Source: Terriglobia bacterium
Lineage (GTDB): Bacteria; Acidobacteriota; Terriglobia; Versatilivoradales; Versatilivoraceae
Reading direction: 5' to 3'
Length of the DNA: 64,000 nucleotides
Assembly: GCA_963665655.1 (NCBI GenBank)
Contig: OY762429.1
Coordinates: 624,503 to 688,502 of the forward strand
Part shown: positions 18,224 through 28,358 of the stretch, in pieces
How positions within the stretch are numbered: the first letter of the stretch is position 1
Layout: the number at the start of each line of letters is the position of its first letter
Position numbers and translations under genes: made by a program
The notes under the pieces: generated by a model
Databases searched by the model: none
The model's input: the letters and a program-made list of their open reading frames with translations, nothing else
What the model was told of the DNA's origin: nothing

Positions 18224-20839
18224 ATGAACCCGGCACCCCGCATGTCTGCTCTCCTCTGGATCTTGCTGCTGGCCCTGGGAAGCCTGGCCTCCACCGGCTG
18301 TTCCCGCCACCCTCAACCTCCGGACTCGGCGCGGCAAACAGCACCCCGGGCCGGCGGGACCTATGCCGCAGCCAAGCACGGCGGCGGCTACATGCACAAC
18401 TACTACCTCCCGCCAACGCCTTCGTCCATGCCCTGGGCCCCCGCCTGGTCTCCGGACGGCAAGCAGATCGCCGTTGGTCTTCATGGCTCCATCTGGCGGA
18501 TCGACCTGGCGAGCTCGGAAGCCTTTGAACTGACCTACGACGAGCACTATCACTCGTCTCCCGACTGGTCCTCCGACGGCAGGTGGATCGTCTACACCGC
18601 CGACCACGGGGGCGACACCATTCAGCTTCAAATCCTGAACCTGGAAACGGGACAGTCCCACGTACTGACCGACGACGCCCACCTCTATGCCGATCCCGTC
18701 TTTTCCCCGGACGGAAACCGGTTGGCCTACGTCTCCACCGAGCCCAGCGGGTACTTCAACATCTACGTGCGTCCCATCCGGGAGGGGCGCTGGGCCGGAC
18801 CGGCCACCGCCCTCACCCGGGACCACTCCTATGGCAAGAATCGCCTCTACTTCGGGGAGTGGGACATGCACATTCAACCCGCCTGGACCCCGGACGGGAA
18901 AGAACTGCTCGTCCTTTCCAACCGGGGCGTCCCCCTGGGATCGGGGCACGTGTGGCGCATGTCGGCCGAAGGGCCGGGCATGGCCAGGGCCGAGCCCATC
19001 CTCAAGGAGCAGAGTCTCTACCGGACCCGCCCCCACGTCTCGCACGATGGAAAGCGCTTCATCTATTCTTCCACCGGCGGGGCCGCAGACCAGTTCAGCC
19101 ACCTCTACGTGCTCCCCATAAACGGCGGGGCACCTTACAAGCTGACCTTCGGAGGCTACGACCACTTCCATCCCCGCTGGTCGCCGGACGGAGAGCGGAT
19201 TGCTTACATCTCGAACCGGCCCCCGCTTCCATCCGGTCCCGGTTTGCCCCGATTGTGGCTGATGGAGACTTACGGAGGCCGCAAGGAGAGAGTGCAGCCT
19301 CGGAAATACCACTGGAAGCGTCCCATGGGCATCCTCCGGGCGGAGGTGCTGGACAGAAGCACCGGCCGCAAGACGGCCGCCCGGATCTACGGGCGAGCGG
19401 CCGACGGAAAGCTTTATCCCCCCGGAGACAGCTACGCTCGCGTCAGCATCTCGGGAGAGCCTCTGTTCCATACCGGCGGAGAATTCGAGATGACTCTGCC
19501 CCCGGGGAAAATGACCGTGGAGGCGGTCAAGGGATTGGAGTACCGCCCGGCCCGGCAGGAGGTGGAGGTTCGGGCCGGCGAGGTCTCCCGGGTCAGCCTG
19601 GTGCTGTCGCCCATGGTCGATATGGCTGCGCGGGGATGGTACAGCGGATCCACCCACGTGCACATGAACTACGGCGGAAACCTGCGGAACACGCTGGAGA
19701 ACCTGATGTTCCTGGCCAGAGCCGAGGATCAGGACGTGGTCTGCGAGCTGATCGCCAACAAGGACAACCGCATCCTGGACTGGGACGCCTTCGTTCCCGA
19801 CCGGATCGAACACCCGGTCTCCATGTCCGATCCCGACCTGGTGGTGATCGTGGGAGAGGAGTACCGCCCGCCCTTTCACGGCCACGTCTCTCTGCTGGGG
19901 CTTCGAGACCATCTCATCTCACCCTTCACCACCGGCTACGAGGGCACCGCCATTGAAAGCCTCTATCCCAGCAACACCGACATGTTCCGCAAGGCCAGGG
20001 CTCAAGGGGCGCTGGTCGGATATGTTCACGCCTATTCCGGAGAAACCGATCCTCTGGAAAGGGGCCTGACCCACGCCAGGACTTTTCCGGTGGATGCGGC
20101 CCTGGGCACGGTCGATACCCTGGAGTGGTCCTCGCCCAACTTGGCCACCCTGCGAGTCTGGCACCATACCCTGAACAATGATCTGGGCATCACCCCGGTG
20201 GGGGGCGAGGACGCCATCACCGACCTGCACCGGTCCACCCTGCCCGGGGCCTTCAGGACCTACGCCCACCTGAAAGGCAAGCTGTCGGCGGAATCCTGGA
20301 TCGAGTCGGTCCGTCAGGGAAGGACCTTCATCAGCAGCGGTCCGCTGCTGGACTTCCGCATCGACGGCCGGATTCCGGGGGACCGGTTGGAACTGCCCCG
20401 CGAAGGAGGCACCATCCGTCTGGAGGCCTCAGTCCGGTCCATCGCTCCTCTGGAAAGGGTGACCCTCTTTCGCAACGGCGAGGTGCTCAAGGAGTTGCCT
20501 CTCACCAAAGGACAGTCGGCGGTCTCCATCGAGGAGGCGCTCGATGTCAGGAAAAGCGGATGGTTCAGCCTGACGGCCATCGGGCCCCGCCGTTCCCGTC
20601 CCCTGGAGACCGGCTACCCCCTGGCCGCTACCAATGCCATCCGGGTCTACGTCGGTGACGGCAAGATTCGCAGCCGTCGCTCGGCCGAGTACTTCATACG
20701 ATGGATCGACCGCCTCAAGCAGCAGGCCGGGGAATGGCCGGATTGGAGATCATCCGAAGAGAAAGCCCACGTTCTGGGGCAGTTCGATGAGGCCAGGGGT
20801 GTCTACGAACGGCTGGCCGAGGAGGCGGATGGGAATTGA
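18224..20839 (+). CDS. Secreted fusion protein. The N-terminus is a TolB-like WD40 beta-propeller. The C-terminus is a PHP-type (CehA/McbA-like) metallohydrolase domain.
   Basis: Signal peptide. SPDG propeller repeats. GSTHVHMNYGGN in the C-terminal half. 871 aa. Confidence 0.75.
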   Translation: MNPAPRMSALLWILLLALGSLASTGCSRHPQPPDSARQTAPRAGGTYAAAKHGGGYMHNYYLPPTPSSMPWAPAWSPDGKQIAVGLHGSIWRIDLASSEAFELTYDEHYHSSPDWSSDGRWIVYTADHGGDTIQLQILNLETGQSHVLTDDAHLYADPVFSPDGNRLAYVSTEPSGYFNIYVRPIREGRWAGPATALTRDHSYGKNRLYFGEWDMHIQPAWTPDGKELLVLSNRGVPLGSGHVWRMSAEGPGMARAEPILKEQSLYRTRPHVSHDGKRFIYSSTGGAADQFSHLYVLPINGGAPYKLTFGGYDHFHPRWSPDGERIAYISNRPPLPSGPGLPRLWLMETYGGRKERVQPRKYHWKRPMGILRAEVLDRSTGRKTAARIYGRAADGKLYPPGDSYARVSISGEPLFHTGGEFEMTLPPGKMTVEAVKGLEYRPARQEVEVRAGEVSRVSLVLSPMVDMAARGWYSGSTHVHMNYGGNLRNTLENLMFLARAEDQDVVCELIANKDNRILDWDAFVPDRIEHPVSMSDPDLVVIVGEEYRPPFHGHVSLLGLRDHLISPFTTGYEGTAIESLYPSNTDMFRKARAQGALVGYVHAYSGETDPLERGLTHARTFPVDAALGTVDTLEWSSPNLATLRVWHHTLNNDLGITPVGGEDAITDLHRSTLPGAFRTYAHLKGKLSAESWIESVRQGRTFISSGPLLDFRIDGRIPGDRLELPREGGTIRLEASVRSIAPLERVTLFRNGEVLKELPLTKGQSAVSIEEALDVRKSGWFSLTAIGPRRSRPLETGYPLAATNAIRVYVGDGKIRSRRSAEYFIRWIDRLKQQAGEWPDWRSSEEKAHVLGQFDEARGVYERLAEEADGN

Positions 20840-20998
20840 AGGGGCCCTCCCCTTCAATTCCCGGCGGAGGCGGCGTCCGGCCAGGCGGTGAGGTCACCCA
20901 CGCGATTGGCGCCGGGGAAGCCCGCGGCGGTTCTGCTTTCTCTCCCAGGGGTTTCCGGATACAATGGCGCTCCAATCAAGACAGGAGGTAGCCCCGCG

Positions 20999-21904
20999 AT
21001 GCCAGAGTGCATGGTTCAGGAACAGGAAATTCCCCCGGAAATCGTCGGCGAACTGAGCGACAGCTCCTCCTGTCTGGACGATCTCGGCGAGTTGCAGCGG
21101 CGGCTCCGCAACGATGGATACCTGCTGCTGCGGCAGGCGCTGGACTACGAGCAGGTGATGGCCGCCCGCCGGGAGACCCTGGAAGCCCTGGTGGAGGTCG
21201 GCGAGATCCATCCTCCGGCCATCGAGGGCATCTTTACCGGGACCAGCCGGAGGGAGGAGCGGCCTGAAGGTTTGGGGGCCTTCTGGAAGTCGGTCAGCGA
21301 AGGCCCGGGGATTCGGCGGGTGACCCACGGCGGAGAGCTCGGCTGGATCATGGACAAAGTGCTGGGGGAACCCAGCAGAGCTCACGACTACATCTTCCTC
21401 CGGGTGGCCGTGCCGGGCCGCTCCACCGGGCTTCACTACGACCACCCCTTCTTTGCCAGGGGCTCCCAACGGATACACACCGTGTGGCTGGCCCTGGGCG
21501 AGGTGACCGTCGAGGAGGGCCCCCTGGTGGTGGTGGAGGGTTCCAACCGGTTCTCGGACCTGATCGAGAGAGCCAGCGCCATCGACTATTCTTCCACTTC
21601 TTCGCCCAAAGTGATGGTGGACCCACACCCGGTGGAGCTGGCCCGGCAGCGTGAGGCCAGGCTGCTGACCGCCGACTTTCGCCCGGGGGACCTGGTTGTC
21701 TTCGGCATGCACACTCTGCACGGTTCCCTGGACAACCGGTCGCGGGCCGGACGGGTGCGGGTCTCCTGCGACATCCGCTTTCAGCCGGCCGCCGATCCCC
21801 TGGACGACCGCTACTTCGGTCCCGATCCCAAGGGAACCACCGGTATCGGCTACGGCGAGCTGAACAGCGCCAAACCCCTGACCCTGCCCTGGCACATGCG
21901 CTGA
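20999..21904 (+). CDS. Phytanoyl-CoA dioxygenase (PhyH) family Fe(II)/2-oxoglutarate oxygenase.
   Basis: HYDHPFF ... HTLHGS pattern. ATG at 20999, preceded by AGGAGG. Confidence 0.65.
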   Translation: MPECMVQEQEIPPEIVGELSDSSSCLDDLGELQRRLRNDGYLLLRQALDYEQVMAARRETLEALVEVGEIHPPAIEGIFTGTSRREERPEGLGAFWKSVSEGPGIRRVTHGGELGWIMDKVLGEPSRAHDYIFLRVAVPGRSTGLHYDHPFFARGSQRIHTVWLALGEVTVEEGPLVVVEGSNRFSDLIERASAIDYSSTSSPKVMVDPHPVELARQREARLLTADFRPGDLVVFGMHTLHGSLDNRSRAGRVRVSCDIRFQPAADPLDDRYFGPDPKGTTGIGYGELNSAKPLTLPWHMR

Positions 21905-21911
21905 CGCCCGT

Positions 21912-23291
21912 TTGCGGCAGCCAACGCAAGACACCATGAGAACTCCCTTCCCTTTCCAAAAGTCCGGTTCCGCCCTGCTCCTGCTGGCGATCTGGCTGGT
22001 CACTCCGAGCCGGGCCGCGGACTGGCCCGAATGGCGGGGCAAGGGACGATCGGGGGTCTGGCGCGAAGACGGCATTCTGCAGCGATTTCCCCCGTCGGGC
22101 CTGCAGGTTAAGTGGCGGGAACCCCTGGGTAGCGGCTACGCCGGGCCTGCCGTGGCCGAGGGCCGCGTCTTCGTGCTGGATTTTGCGGCCGAAACCGCCC
22201 GCAAGGGAACCGAACGGGTGCTGGCCCTGGATGAAAACAGCGGGCGCCGCTTATGGACCCGTTCCTGGAAAGCCGACTACTCCGGGCTTTCCGGAAGCTA
22301 TGCCATCGGCCCCCGGGCCACTCCCACGGTGGACGGCAGTCGAGTCTACGTCCTGGGAGCCAAGGGGGCGCTCTATTGCCTCCGTACCGACAACGGCGAG
22401 ATCCTGTGGCAAAAGGACTTCGTGCGGGATTATGGAACCGAGGTCCCCGTCTGGGGCATGGTGGGAGCCCCCCTGGTGGACGGCCCCCGTCTGATTGCCG
22501 TGGTGGGCGGGCAGGACGGAGCCAAGGTGGCGGCCTTCGACAAGCGGACCGGCCGAGAGCTCTGGCGTGCGCTGCCTTCGGACTCGGAACCCGGTTACGC
22601 CCCCCCGATTCTCATCTCAGCCGGCGGACGCCGTCAACTGATCGTCTGGCACCCCAAGGCGGTAAGCGCTCTCGATCCCCGAACGGGTGAGCTCCTCTGG
22701 CAACAGCCTTTTCGGTCGGACAAGGGCCTGTCGGTGGCCACCCCCGTGTTCAGCGGCTCGCGACTCCTGGTCAGCGCCTTTGTGAACGGATCCATGATGC
22801 TGGATCTGGACCGGGAGTCCCCGGCAGCCCGACTGCTCTGGCGAGGCAAGAGCGACAGCGAGATCGACACCGACACGCTCCACTCCCTCATCAGCACACC
22901 GGTCATCGACGGGGACACCCTCTATGGGGTTTGCAGCTATGGGCACCTCAGGGGGCTGAGCGCCGGCACCGGCAAGCGGCTGTGGGAAACACTGGCGGTG
23001 ACCGGGGAGAAGGCGCGCTGGGCCACGGCCTTTCTGGTTCGCCACCAGGATCGATACTTCATCTCCAACGACCGGGGCGAGCTGATCATCGCCAGGCTGT
23101 CGCCCTCGGGCTACCGTGAGATCGACCGGACCCACCTGATCGCTCCCACCTCCCGCAGGGGAATCGGCCGGCGCCAGGCCGGCGCCGTCAACTGGTCCCA
23201 CCCCGCCTACGCCAACCGCCACATCCTCGCCCGCAACGACCGGGAGATCCTCCGCGCCTCCCTGGCACGGACCGCTACCGAGTCGGAGTGA
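21912..23291 (+). CDS. PQQ-like beta-propeller repeat protein with a signal peptide. It is a paralogous type to 16595..17929.
   Basis: 459 aa with W-propeller blades. Confidence 0.75.
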   Translation: MRQPTQDTMRTPFPFQKSGSALLLLAIWLVTPSRAADWPEWRGKGRSGVWREDGILQRFPPSGLQVKWREPLGSGYAGPAVAEGRVFVLDFAAETARKGTERVLALDENSGRRLWTRSWKADYSGLSGSYAIGPRATPTVDGSRVYVLGAKGALYCLRTDNGEILWQKDFVRDYGTEVPVWGMVGAPLVDGPRLIAVVGGQDGAKVAAFDKRTGRELWRALPSDSEPGYAPPILISAGGRRQLIVWHPKAVSALDPRTGELLWQQPFRSDKGLSVATPVFSGSRLLVSAFVNGSMMLDLDRESPAARLLWRGKSDSEIDTDTLHSLISTPVIDGDTLYGVCSYGHLRGLSAGTGKRLWETLAVTGEKARWATAFLVRHQDRYFISNDRGELIIARLSPSGYREIDRTHLIAPTSRRGIGRRQAGAVNWSHPAYANRHILARNDREILRASLARTATESE

Positions 23292-23394
23292 GCGCCACGA
23301 GATGCGATGGTGGGGGGCAGACGCCGAGGTTGCCGGACTGCGCCGCCCGGCCATGCCAATGCCCCTTCGCAGATACTCCGTGCTCCGGACTGTC

Positions 23395-24378
23395 CTACCA
23401 CTTCCAGGTTTCACGGACGGCCGGATTGGCCACCGCTGCGGCCGGCCACCCGCCGCCATAGAGCTCCACGATGTTCCGGGCCGCCTCCACGGCCATGGCC
23501 TCCACCGAGCGGGTGTCGATGCCGGCCGTGTGATCGCTGACCAGGACGTTGTCCAGGTCCAGCAGGGGATGGTCCCGCTGGATGGGCTCCTGCGCAAAGA
23601 CGTCCAGTCCGGCCCCGCCCAGGCGGCCGCTCTTCAATGCATCCACCAGGTCTTCCTCGACCACCAGCCCGCCGCGGGAGGTGTTGACCAGGAGGGCTCC
23701 CGGCTTCATGCGTGCAAGGGTCCGCCGGTTGATCAGGCCGCGGGTCTCTCCGGTCAGGGGAACGTGCAGGCTCACGTAGTCGGAACGGGCCAGCAGGGTG
23801 TCCAGGTCCACCAGCTCGATGCCGTGTCTTCGAGCGAATTCCCGATCGGGAAAGGCCTCGTGGGCCAGCAGCCGCATCCGGAAGGCCTCGGCCCTCACCG
23901 CCACGCTCCGGCCGATGCGTCCCAGGCCGACGATGCCCAGGGTCTTTTCCCGAAGGGGCAGCGAACATCGTCGCTCCCAAAGGCCCCGGTGGATTTCGTC
24001 GTTCCTCTGGGCCAGGAAGCGGCTCACCGCCAGCAGCAGCGCCACCGCATGCTCGGCCACCGCCTCGTGATTGGCGGAGGGAGTGATGGTGACGACGGCG
24101 TTGCTACGGGTCGCCGCCTCCAGATCGACGCGGTCGACGCCCACTCCCCAGCGGGAGATCACTCTCAGATCGGGCAGGGCGGCCATCACCCGACGGCTGT
24201 AGGGCTCTCCGCCGGCGATGGTGGCCGAGATCCCCTGCAGCACCCGGACGTTCTCTTCCTCGTCGGTGATGTCCGGCCTGGGGGGGAAACGGACCTCCAG
24301 CCCGGCCTGGCGCAGCAATTCCACATGGGGGCCGTCGGGGTCTTGCAGAAACTGGATGAAGATCATGACGCTGGGCAC
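23395..24378 (-). CDS. D-isomer-specific 2-hydroxyacid dehydrogenase (NAD-binding, phosphoglycerate-dehydrogenase-like).
   Basis: GIVGLGRIGRSVA Rossmann motif. 327 aa. Confidence 0.85.
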   Translation of the reverse strand: MPSVMIFIQFLQDPDGPHVELLRQAGLEVRFPPRPDITDEEENVRVLQGISATIAGGEPYSRRVMAALPDLRVISRWGVGVDRVDLEAATRSNAVVTITPSANHEAVAEHAVALLLAVSRFLAQRNDEIHRGLWERRCSLPLREKTLGIVGLGRIGRSVAVRAEAFRMRLLAHEAFPDREFARRHGIELVDLDTLLARSDYVSLHVPLTGETRGLINRRTLARMKPGALLVNTSRGGLVVEEDLVDALKSGRLGGAGLDVFAQEPIQRDHPLLDLDNVLVSDHTAGIDTRSVEAMAVEAARNIVELYGGGWPAAAVANPAVRETWKW

Positions 24379-24516
24379 GGGGCAACCTCCTGGAATTGAA
24401 GCAACCGGCGGATTTCCGTATTATGGCACGGTGCGCCGGTGCGGGGACGGAAACCTGGTTGGTGCGGAGACGCCGGCCGGTCTCGGTCCCGGACTGAAAC
24501 GACAGAAAAGAGTCAT

Positions 24517-24563
24517 CCACGAAGTTACACGAAGGACCACGAAGACACACGAAGAAAGACGGG
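24517..24563. repeat. Array of four CACGAAG-type heptamers (CCACGAAGTTACACGAAGGACCACGAAGACACACGAAGAAAGACGG).
   Basis: Direct reading. A similar array, reverse-complemented, lies at 63763-63798. Confidence 0.5.
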
Positions 24564-24716
24564 GTTCTTGACCCGCTCAATGAGTCCGCCCCCCGGTTCG
24601 GGTGAAGGGAAACGGGTTTGAGGAATAGTCCACCCAGGACAGGAAATGACACCCTGTGATTCCCGGGGCCGGGGTTCCGCCTCCAGAGCGAAACGATTGA
24701 TTGACATGGATGAACA

Positions 24717-24730
24717 GGATGCACAGGATT
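24717..24730 (-). promoter_or_regulatory. Copy 2 of the 14-mer AATCCTGTGCATCC, in inverted orientation.
   Basis: Exact 14-mer. Confidence 0.4.
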
Positions 24731-24837
24731 TTTTCAGAAAACGGCTGGCTCCCAATCCTGAGCATCTGCAAACCCGTACCGGATCATCGCCCCAGCCGGC
24801 TTCCGGTGCAGGAACCTCTCGTCTTGCGAATCCTGTT

Positions 24838-24851
24838 AATCCTGTGCATCC
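24838..24851 (+). promoter_or_regulatory. Copy 3 of the 14-mer AATCCTGTGCATCC. The context (GAATCCTGTTAATCCTGTGCATCCATGTTCACAAAAAA) sits ~130-190 bp upstream of fhs.
   Basis: Exact 14-mer. It shares the CATCCATGTT-A-rich tail with copy 1. Confidence 0.4.
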
Positions 24852-24981
24852 ATGTTCACAAAAAATAGAGTGCAACCACGTCACAGGGCACTTGCCTGCT
24901 CCCGGAACCTGCAACTTGTTGTAAAACAACCCTGTTTGACCCTCGTATGACCCGCCCCGTCGTCGGGGGGCGGGGGAATAC

Positions 24982-26724
24982 TTGTCCCAATCCGTTGAAC
25001 CCCGATCGAGGGATGCCCCCGATCGGACTGGAGGACCGTCGCCTGTGCAAACCGACCTCGAGATCGCCCGCCGGGCCAGGCTGAGAAACGTGGTGGAGCT
25101 GGCCAGGGAACAGTTCCGGATTCCGGTGGACCACCTGGAACCCCATGGCCACTACAAGGCCAAGCTGTCGCCGAACGCCCTGGACTCCAGTCGCCGTGAC
25201 TCGGAGAAGGGGAAGCTCATCCTGGTGACGGCCGTTTCGCCCACGCCGGCGGGAGAAGGCAAGACCACCACCGTGGTCGGGCTGGGGGACGCGCTCAACC
25301 GCCTGGGCAAAAAAGCCTTGATCTGCCTGCGCGAACCCTCCCTGGGACCCTGCTTCGGCATGAAGGGGGGCGCCGCCGGGGGCGGGATGGCCCAGGTGGT
25401 TCCCATGGAAGACATCAACCTGCACTTTACCGGTGATTTTCACGCCCTGGCCCTGGCGCACAATCTTCTGGCCGCCATGCTGGACAACCACATCCACCAG
25501 GGGAACCGCCTGGACGTGGACCTTCGCCGGGTAACCTGGAATCGGGTGGTGGACCTCAACGACCGCGCCCTGCGTCGAATCGTCCTGGGTCTGGGAGGCG
25601 TGGGCAACAGCTATCCCAGGGAAGGCGGCTTTGAAATCGTGGCGGCCTCGGAAGTGATGGCCATTCTCTGCCTCTCCCGTTCACTGCAGGAGCTCAAGCA
25701 GCGGCTGGGCAACATCACCGTCGGCTACAACCATGCCAGGGAACCCATCCGGGCCGCCGACCTGGAGGCCCATGGAGCCATGGCCGTGCTTCTCAAGGAG
25801 GCCCTCAAGCCCAACCTGGTCCAGACGCTGGAAAACAACCTGGCCCTGGTGCATGGAGGACCCTTCGCCAATATCGCCCACGGCTGCAACTCGGTAATCG
25901 CCACCCTCACCGGATTGGGGCTGGCCGACTACCTGGTGACCGAGGCCGGGTTCGGAGCCGATCTGGGCGCCGAGAAATTCGTGGACATCAAGTGCCGCAA
26001 GGCCGGACTCCGCCCCGACCTGGTGGTGCTGGTAGCCACCCTGCGCGCGCTCAAGTATCACGGGGGAGCCGACAAGAACGCCTTGGAGCGGGAAGACCTG
26101 GAGAGCCTGGAACGGGGAATCCCCAACCTCGAACGCCACCTCAACAACATCCGCAACCACTACGGCCTGCCCTGCGTGGTGGCCATCAATCGATTCAGCC
26201 ACGACACCCCGGCAGAGATCGCGCTCCTCAAGAACCGCATCGACCACCACTCGGTGCCGGTGGTGGCTTGCGACCACTGGGCCCGGGGCAGCCAGGGATC
26301 CCTGGACCTGGCGCAGACGGTGGTGGAGACCATCGCCGGCACTGGAGCCAACTTCAAGTTCGTCTACGACGAGCAGGACTCCCTATGGGAAAAGATCACC
26401 AAGGTGGCTACCCGGATCTACGGCGCCTCCGAGGTGGTCGCCGACACCCGGATCCGGGCCAGGATCCGGCGCTACCAGAAGGAAGGATTCGGGCACTTTC
26501 CGGTCTGCATCGCCAAGACCCAGTACTCCTTCTCCACCGACCCGCTGCTGAGAGGCGCTCCCTCGGGCCACGTCCTGCCGGTCAAGGATGTGCGCCTGGC
26601 CACCGGAGCCGAATTCCTGGTGGTGATTTGCGGTGACATTCTGACCATGCCGGGTCTCCCCAGACAGCCCGCCGCCAACCAGATCGATCTGGATGAAGAA
26701 GGAAGGGTGGTGGGGCTCTTCTAG
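24982..26724 (+). CDS. fhs: Formate--tetrahydrofolate ligase. The true start may be the GTG at 25045, just before the conserved VQTDLEIA N-terminus.
   Basis: [12 protein letters not shown]-loop and FTHFS architecture. 580 aa. Confidence 0.9.
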   Translation: MSQSVEPRSRDAPDRTGGPSPVQTDLEIARRARLRNVVELAREQFRIPVDHLEPHGHYKAKLSPNALDSSRRDSEKGKLILVTAVSPTPAGEGKTTTVVGLGDALNRLGKKALICLREPSLGPCFGMKGGAAGGGMAQVVPMEDINLHFTGDFHALALAHNLLAAMLDNHIHQGNRLDVDLRRVTWNRVVDLNDRALRRIVLGLGGVGNSYPREGGFEIVAASEVMAILCLSRSLQELKQRLGNITVGYNHAREPIRAADLEAHGAMAVLLKEALKPNLVQTLENNLALVHGGPFANIAHGCNSVIATLTGLGLADYLVTEAGFGADLGAEKFVDIKCRKAGLRPDLVVLVATLRALKYHGGADKNALEREDLESLERGIPNLERHLNNIRNHYGLPCVVAINRFSHDTPAEIALLKNRIDHHSVPVVACDHWARGSQGSLDLAQTVVETIAGTGANFKFVYDEQDSLWEKITKVATRIYGASEVVADTRIRARIRRYQKEGFGHFPVCIAKTQYSFSTDPLLRGAPSGHVLPVKDVRLATGAEFLVVICGDILTMPGLPRQPAANQIDLDEEGRVVGLF

Positions 26725-26767
26725 TCGCCCGTTTGATCCTGCCGGGGTGATTGCGCCGCGGATGCGC

Positions 26768-27273
26768 TTACAGCGCCTTCAGGCTGTCGACCCCCATGTA
26801 GCGCGATCCGAAGAAGACCAGAGGCGGCCGGGAATCGTCCAGGTTCAGGCCGACCACCTCCCCCAGGAATAGCGTGTGGGTTCCGCCGTCGTAGGCCCGG
26901 GCCACCCGGCAGTCCAGGTACCCCTGGGTCCCCTCCAGGATCGGCGCCCCGGTAACCGCCGTGGTCCACTCGATACCCTCGAAGCGGTCGTCGTCCTTGT
27001 CGCGGTGACGTCCGGCAAAGCGATCGGAGATCAAGGTCTGGTCTTCGCTCAACACGTTGACGGCGAAGACCCGGCTCCGGTCGATGAGGGGCCAGGAACG
27101 GGCGTCCTTGGCCACGCTCACCAGGACCGTGCAGGGGTTCAGCGAGATGGAGCAGAAGGCGTTGCAGGTGAGCCCGTGGACATCCTCCCCCGACCGGGTG
27201 GTGACCACGGTGACACCGGTGGCGAAGCGCGACATGATCCTGCGAAATTGAGAGGCGTCGATTGGAGTTTGCA
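26768..27273 (-). CDS. Flavin reductase-like (FMN-binding split-barrel) protein.
   Basis: FATGVTVVTT ... GLTCNAF pattern. Start trimmed to MQTPIDA. Confidence 0.75.
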
Positions 27274-27612
27274 TGAATTCCCCGCTGGATCTGTTTAGCC
27301 GAAACGACGTTGACCGATGAGTCAAGGTTGGCCGATGGATCGAGTACAGACGGCCATTGCGTTTCTACCGTCCGGCGCAAGCGCTTCAGGCGGCACCAAG
27401 ATGAGAAGTGAACCAGGAATGGACACCAATGAACACGAATACCCTTTGAATCATCATGAAGATAACGCAACCCGGAGTCGGCTTGATCCTTGATTTCAAG
27501 GACCCACGCCTTGAACGAGAGAGGAGGGATCTACGACATCATTCGTGTCTATTCGTGGTTCCATTCTCCCATAAGCCGAGTGCCTTGCCCGGCGGCCGCG
27601 GGCAGGTCTTCA

Positions 27613-28338
27613 TCACAGCGGCGTCTGGTTGCAAATCCGCATGGCGGGGGTCACTTCCTCGTAGATGGCCAGCATGGCTTCCACCAGGTCGGTTCCGGAA
27701 GTTCCCCGGACGGCATCCTCGTCCATGGGAAAATAGAGCAGGAATCCGGCCCAGGCATTCCCAGGGGCCTGCTCCAGGCCGGCCCGCAACCGGGACACCG
27801 GGGGAAGGGTTGACTTGGAGTAGCGAAACAGATCGGAGTGCCAACCGCCGGCCTGCACCTGGAAGCCCTCCCGCAACACCAGCCGCTTCAGTTCCCGTTC
27901 CATGCTCCCCCTGGGCTTCAGCGCCTGCATCAGCCGGTGCCAGTCCCAGTCGTCCCTCAATTGGAAGCGTTCCTGTCCGGGGGGAGCCTCCAGCAGGCCC
28001 CGCTCCACCTGCAGGCCGCACTTGAAGCGCCCCTCATCGGTATCGACCATGAGGAAGAACTTGGCGCACCCGAAGCTGACCTTGGAGGAGAGGGGCTTGG
28101 CGGCCCGATTGGCTTTGGCCAGGAAACCGATCCACTGCCAGTAGACCCCGCGGCCCCAGCGCTCGGTGACGAAGGGCTGCCGGTACCGCGCCTCCAGGGC
28201 GACCTTCAGAATGCGGGTGATGCGTTCGTCGTCATCCAGATTTCCGACCCGAATCCCCCGGCGAAAGTCCAGGAACTCCGGCCGGAAACGAGTGCGCCGA
28301 GGGGAGAACCCCTCTGAGCGAGGCAATGGAGGGGCCAT
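27613..28338 (-). CDS. Hypothetical protein of 241 aa. It lies immediately downstream of the TPP enzyme.
   Basis: Only the 3' 726 nt of the supplied ORF 27613..29388 is credible. The rest of that ORF overlaps the TPP gene out of frame. Confidence 0.45.
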   Translation of the reverse strand: MAPPLPRSEGFSPRRTRFRPEFLDFRRGIRVGNLDDDERITRILKVALEARYRQPFVTERWGRGVYWQWIGFLAKANRAAKPLSSKVSFGCAKFFLMVDTDEGRFKCGLQVERGLLEAPPGQERFQLRDDWDWHRLMQALKPRGSMERELKRLVLREGFQVQAGGWHSDLFRYSKSTLPPVSRLRAGLEQAPGNAWAGFLLYFPMDEDAVRGTSGTDLVEAMLAIYEEVTPAMRICNQTPL

Positions 28339-28358
28339 GTCTTCCTCACTCGCTCCCG

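Noticed and set aside
18185-19912. 575-aa minus-strand ORF (and 18583..19956 on the plus strand)
   Set aside because: These are antisense or alternative frames of the TolB-PHP gene.
24420-24520. ZTP or THF riboswitch upstream of fhs
   Set aside because: The conserved pfl-motif elements (GGGUCGUGACUGGCG … CCGCCUGGGCA) are not present. Only loose GC-rich hairpins are.
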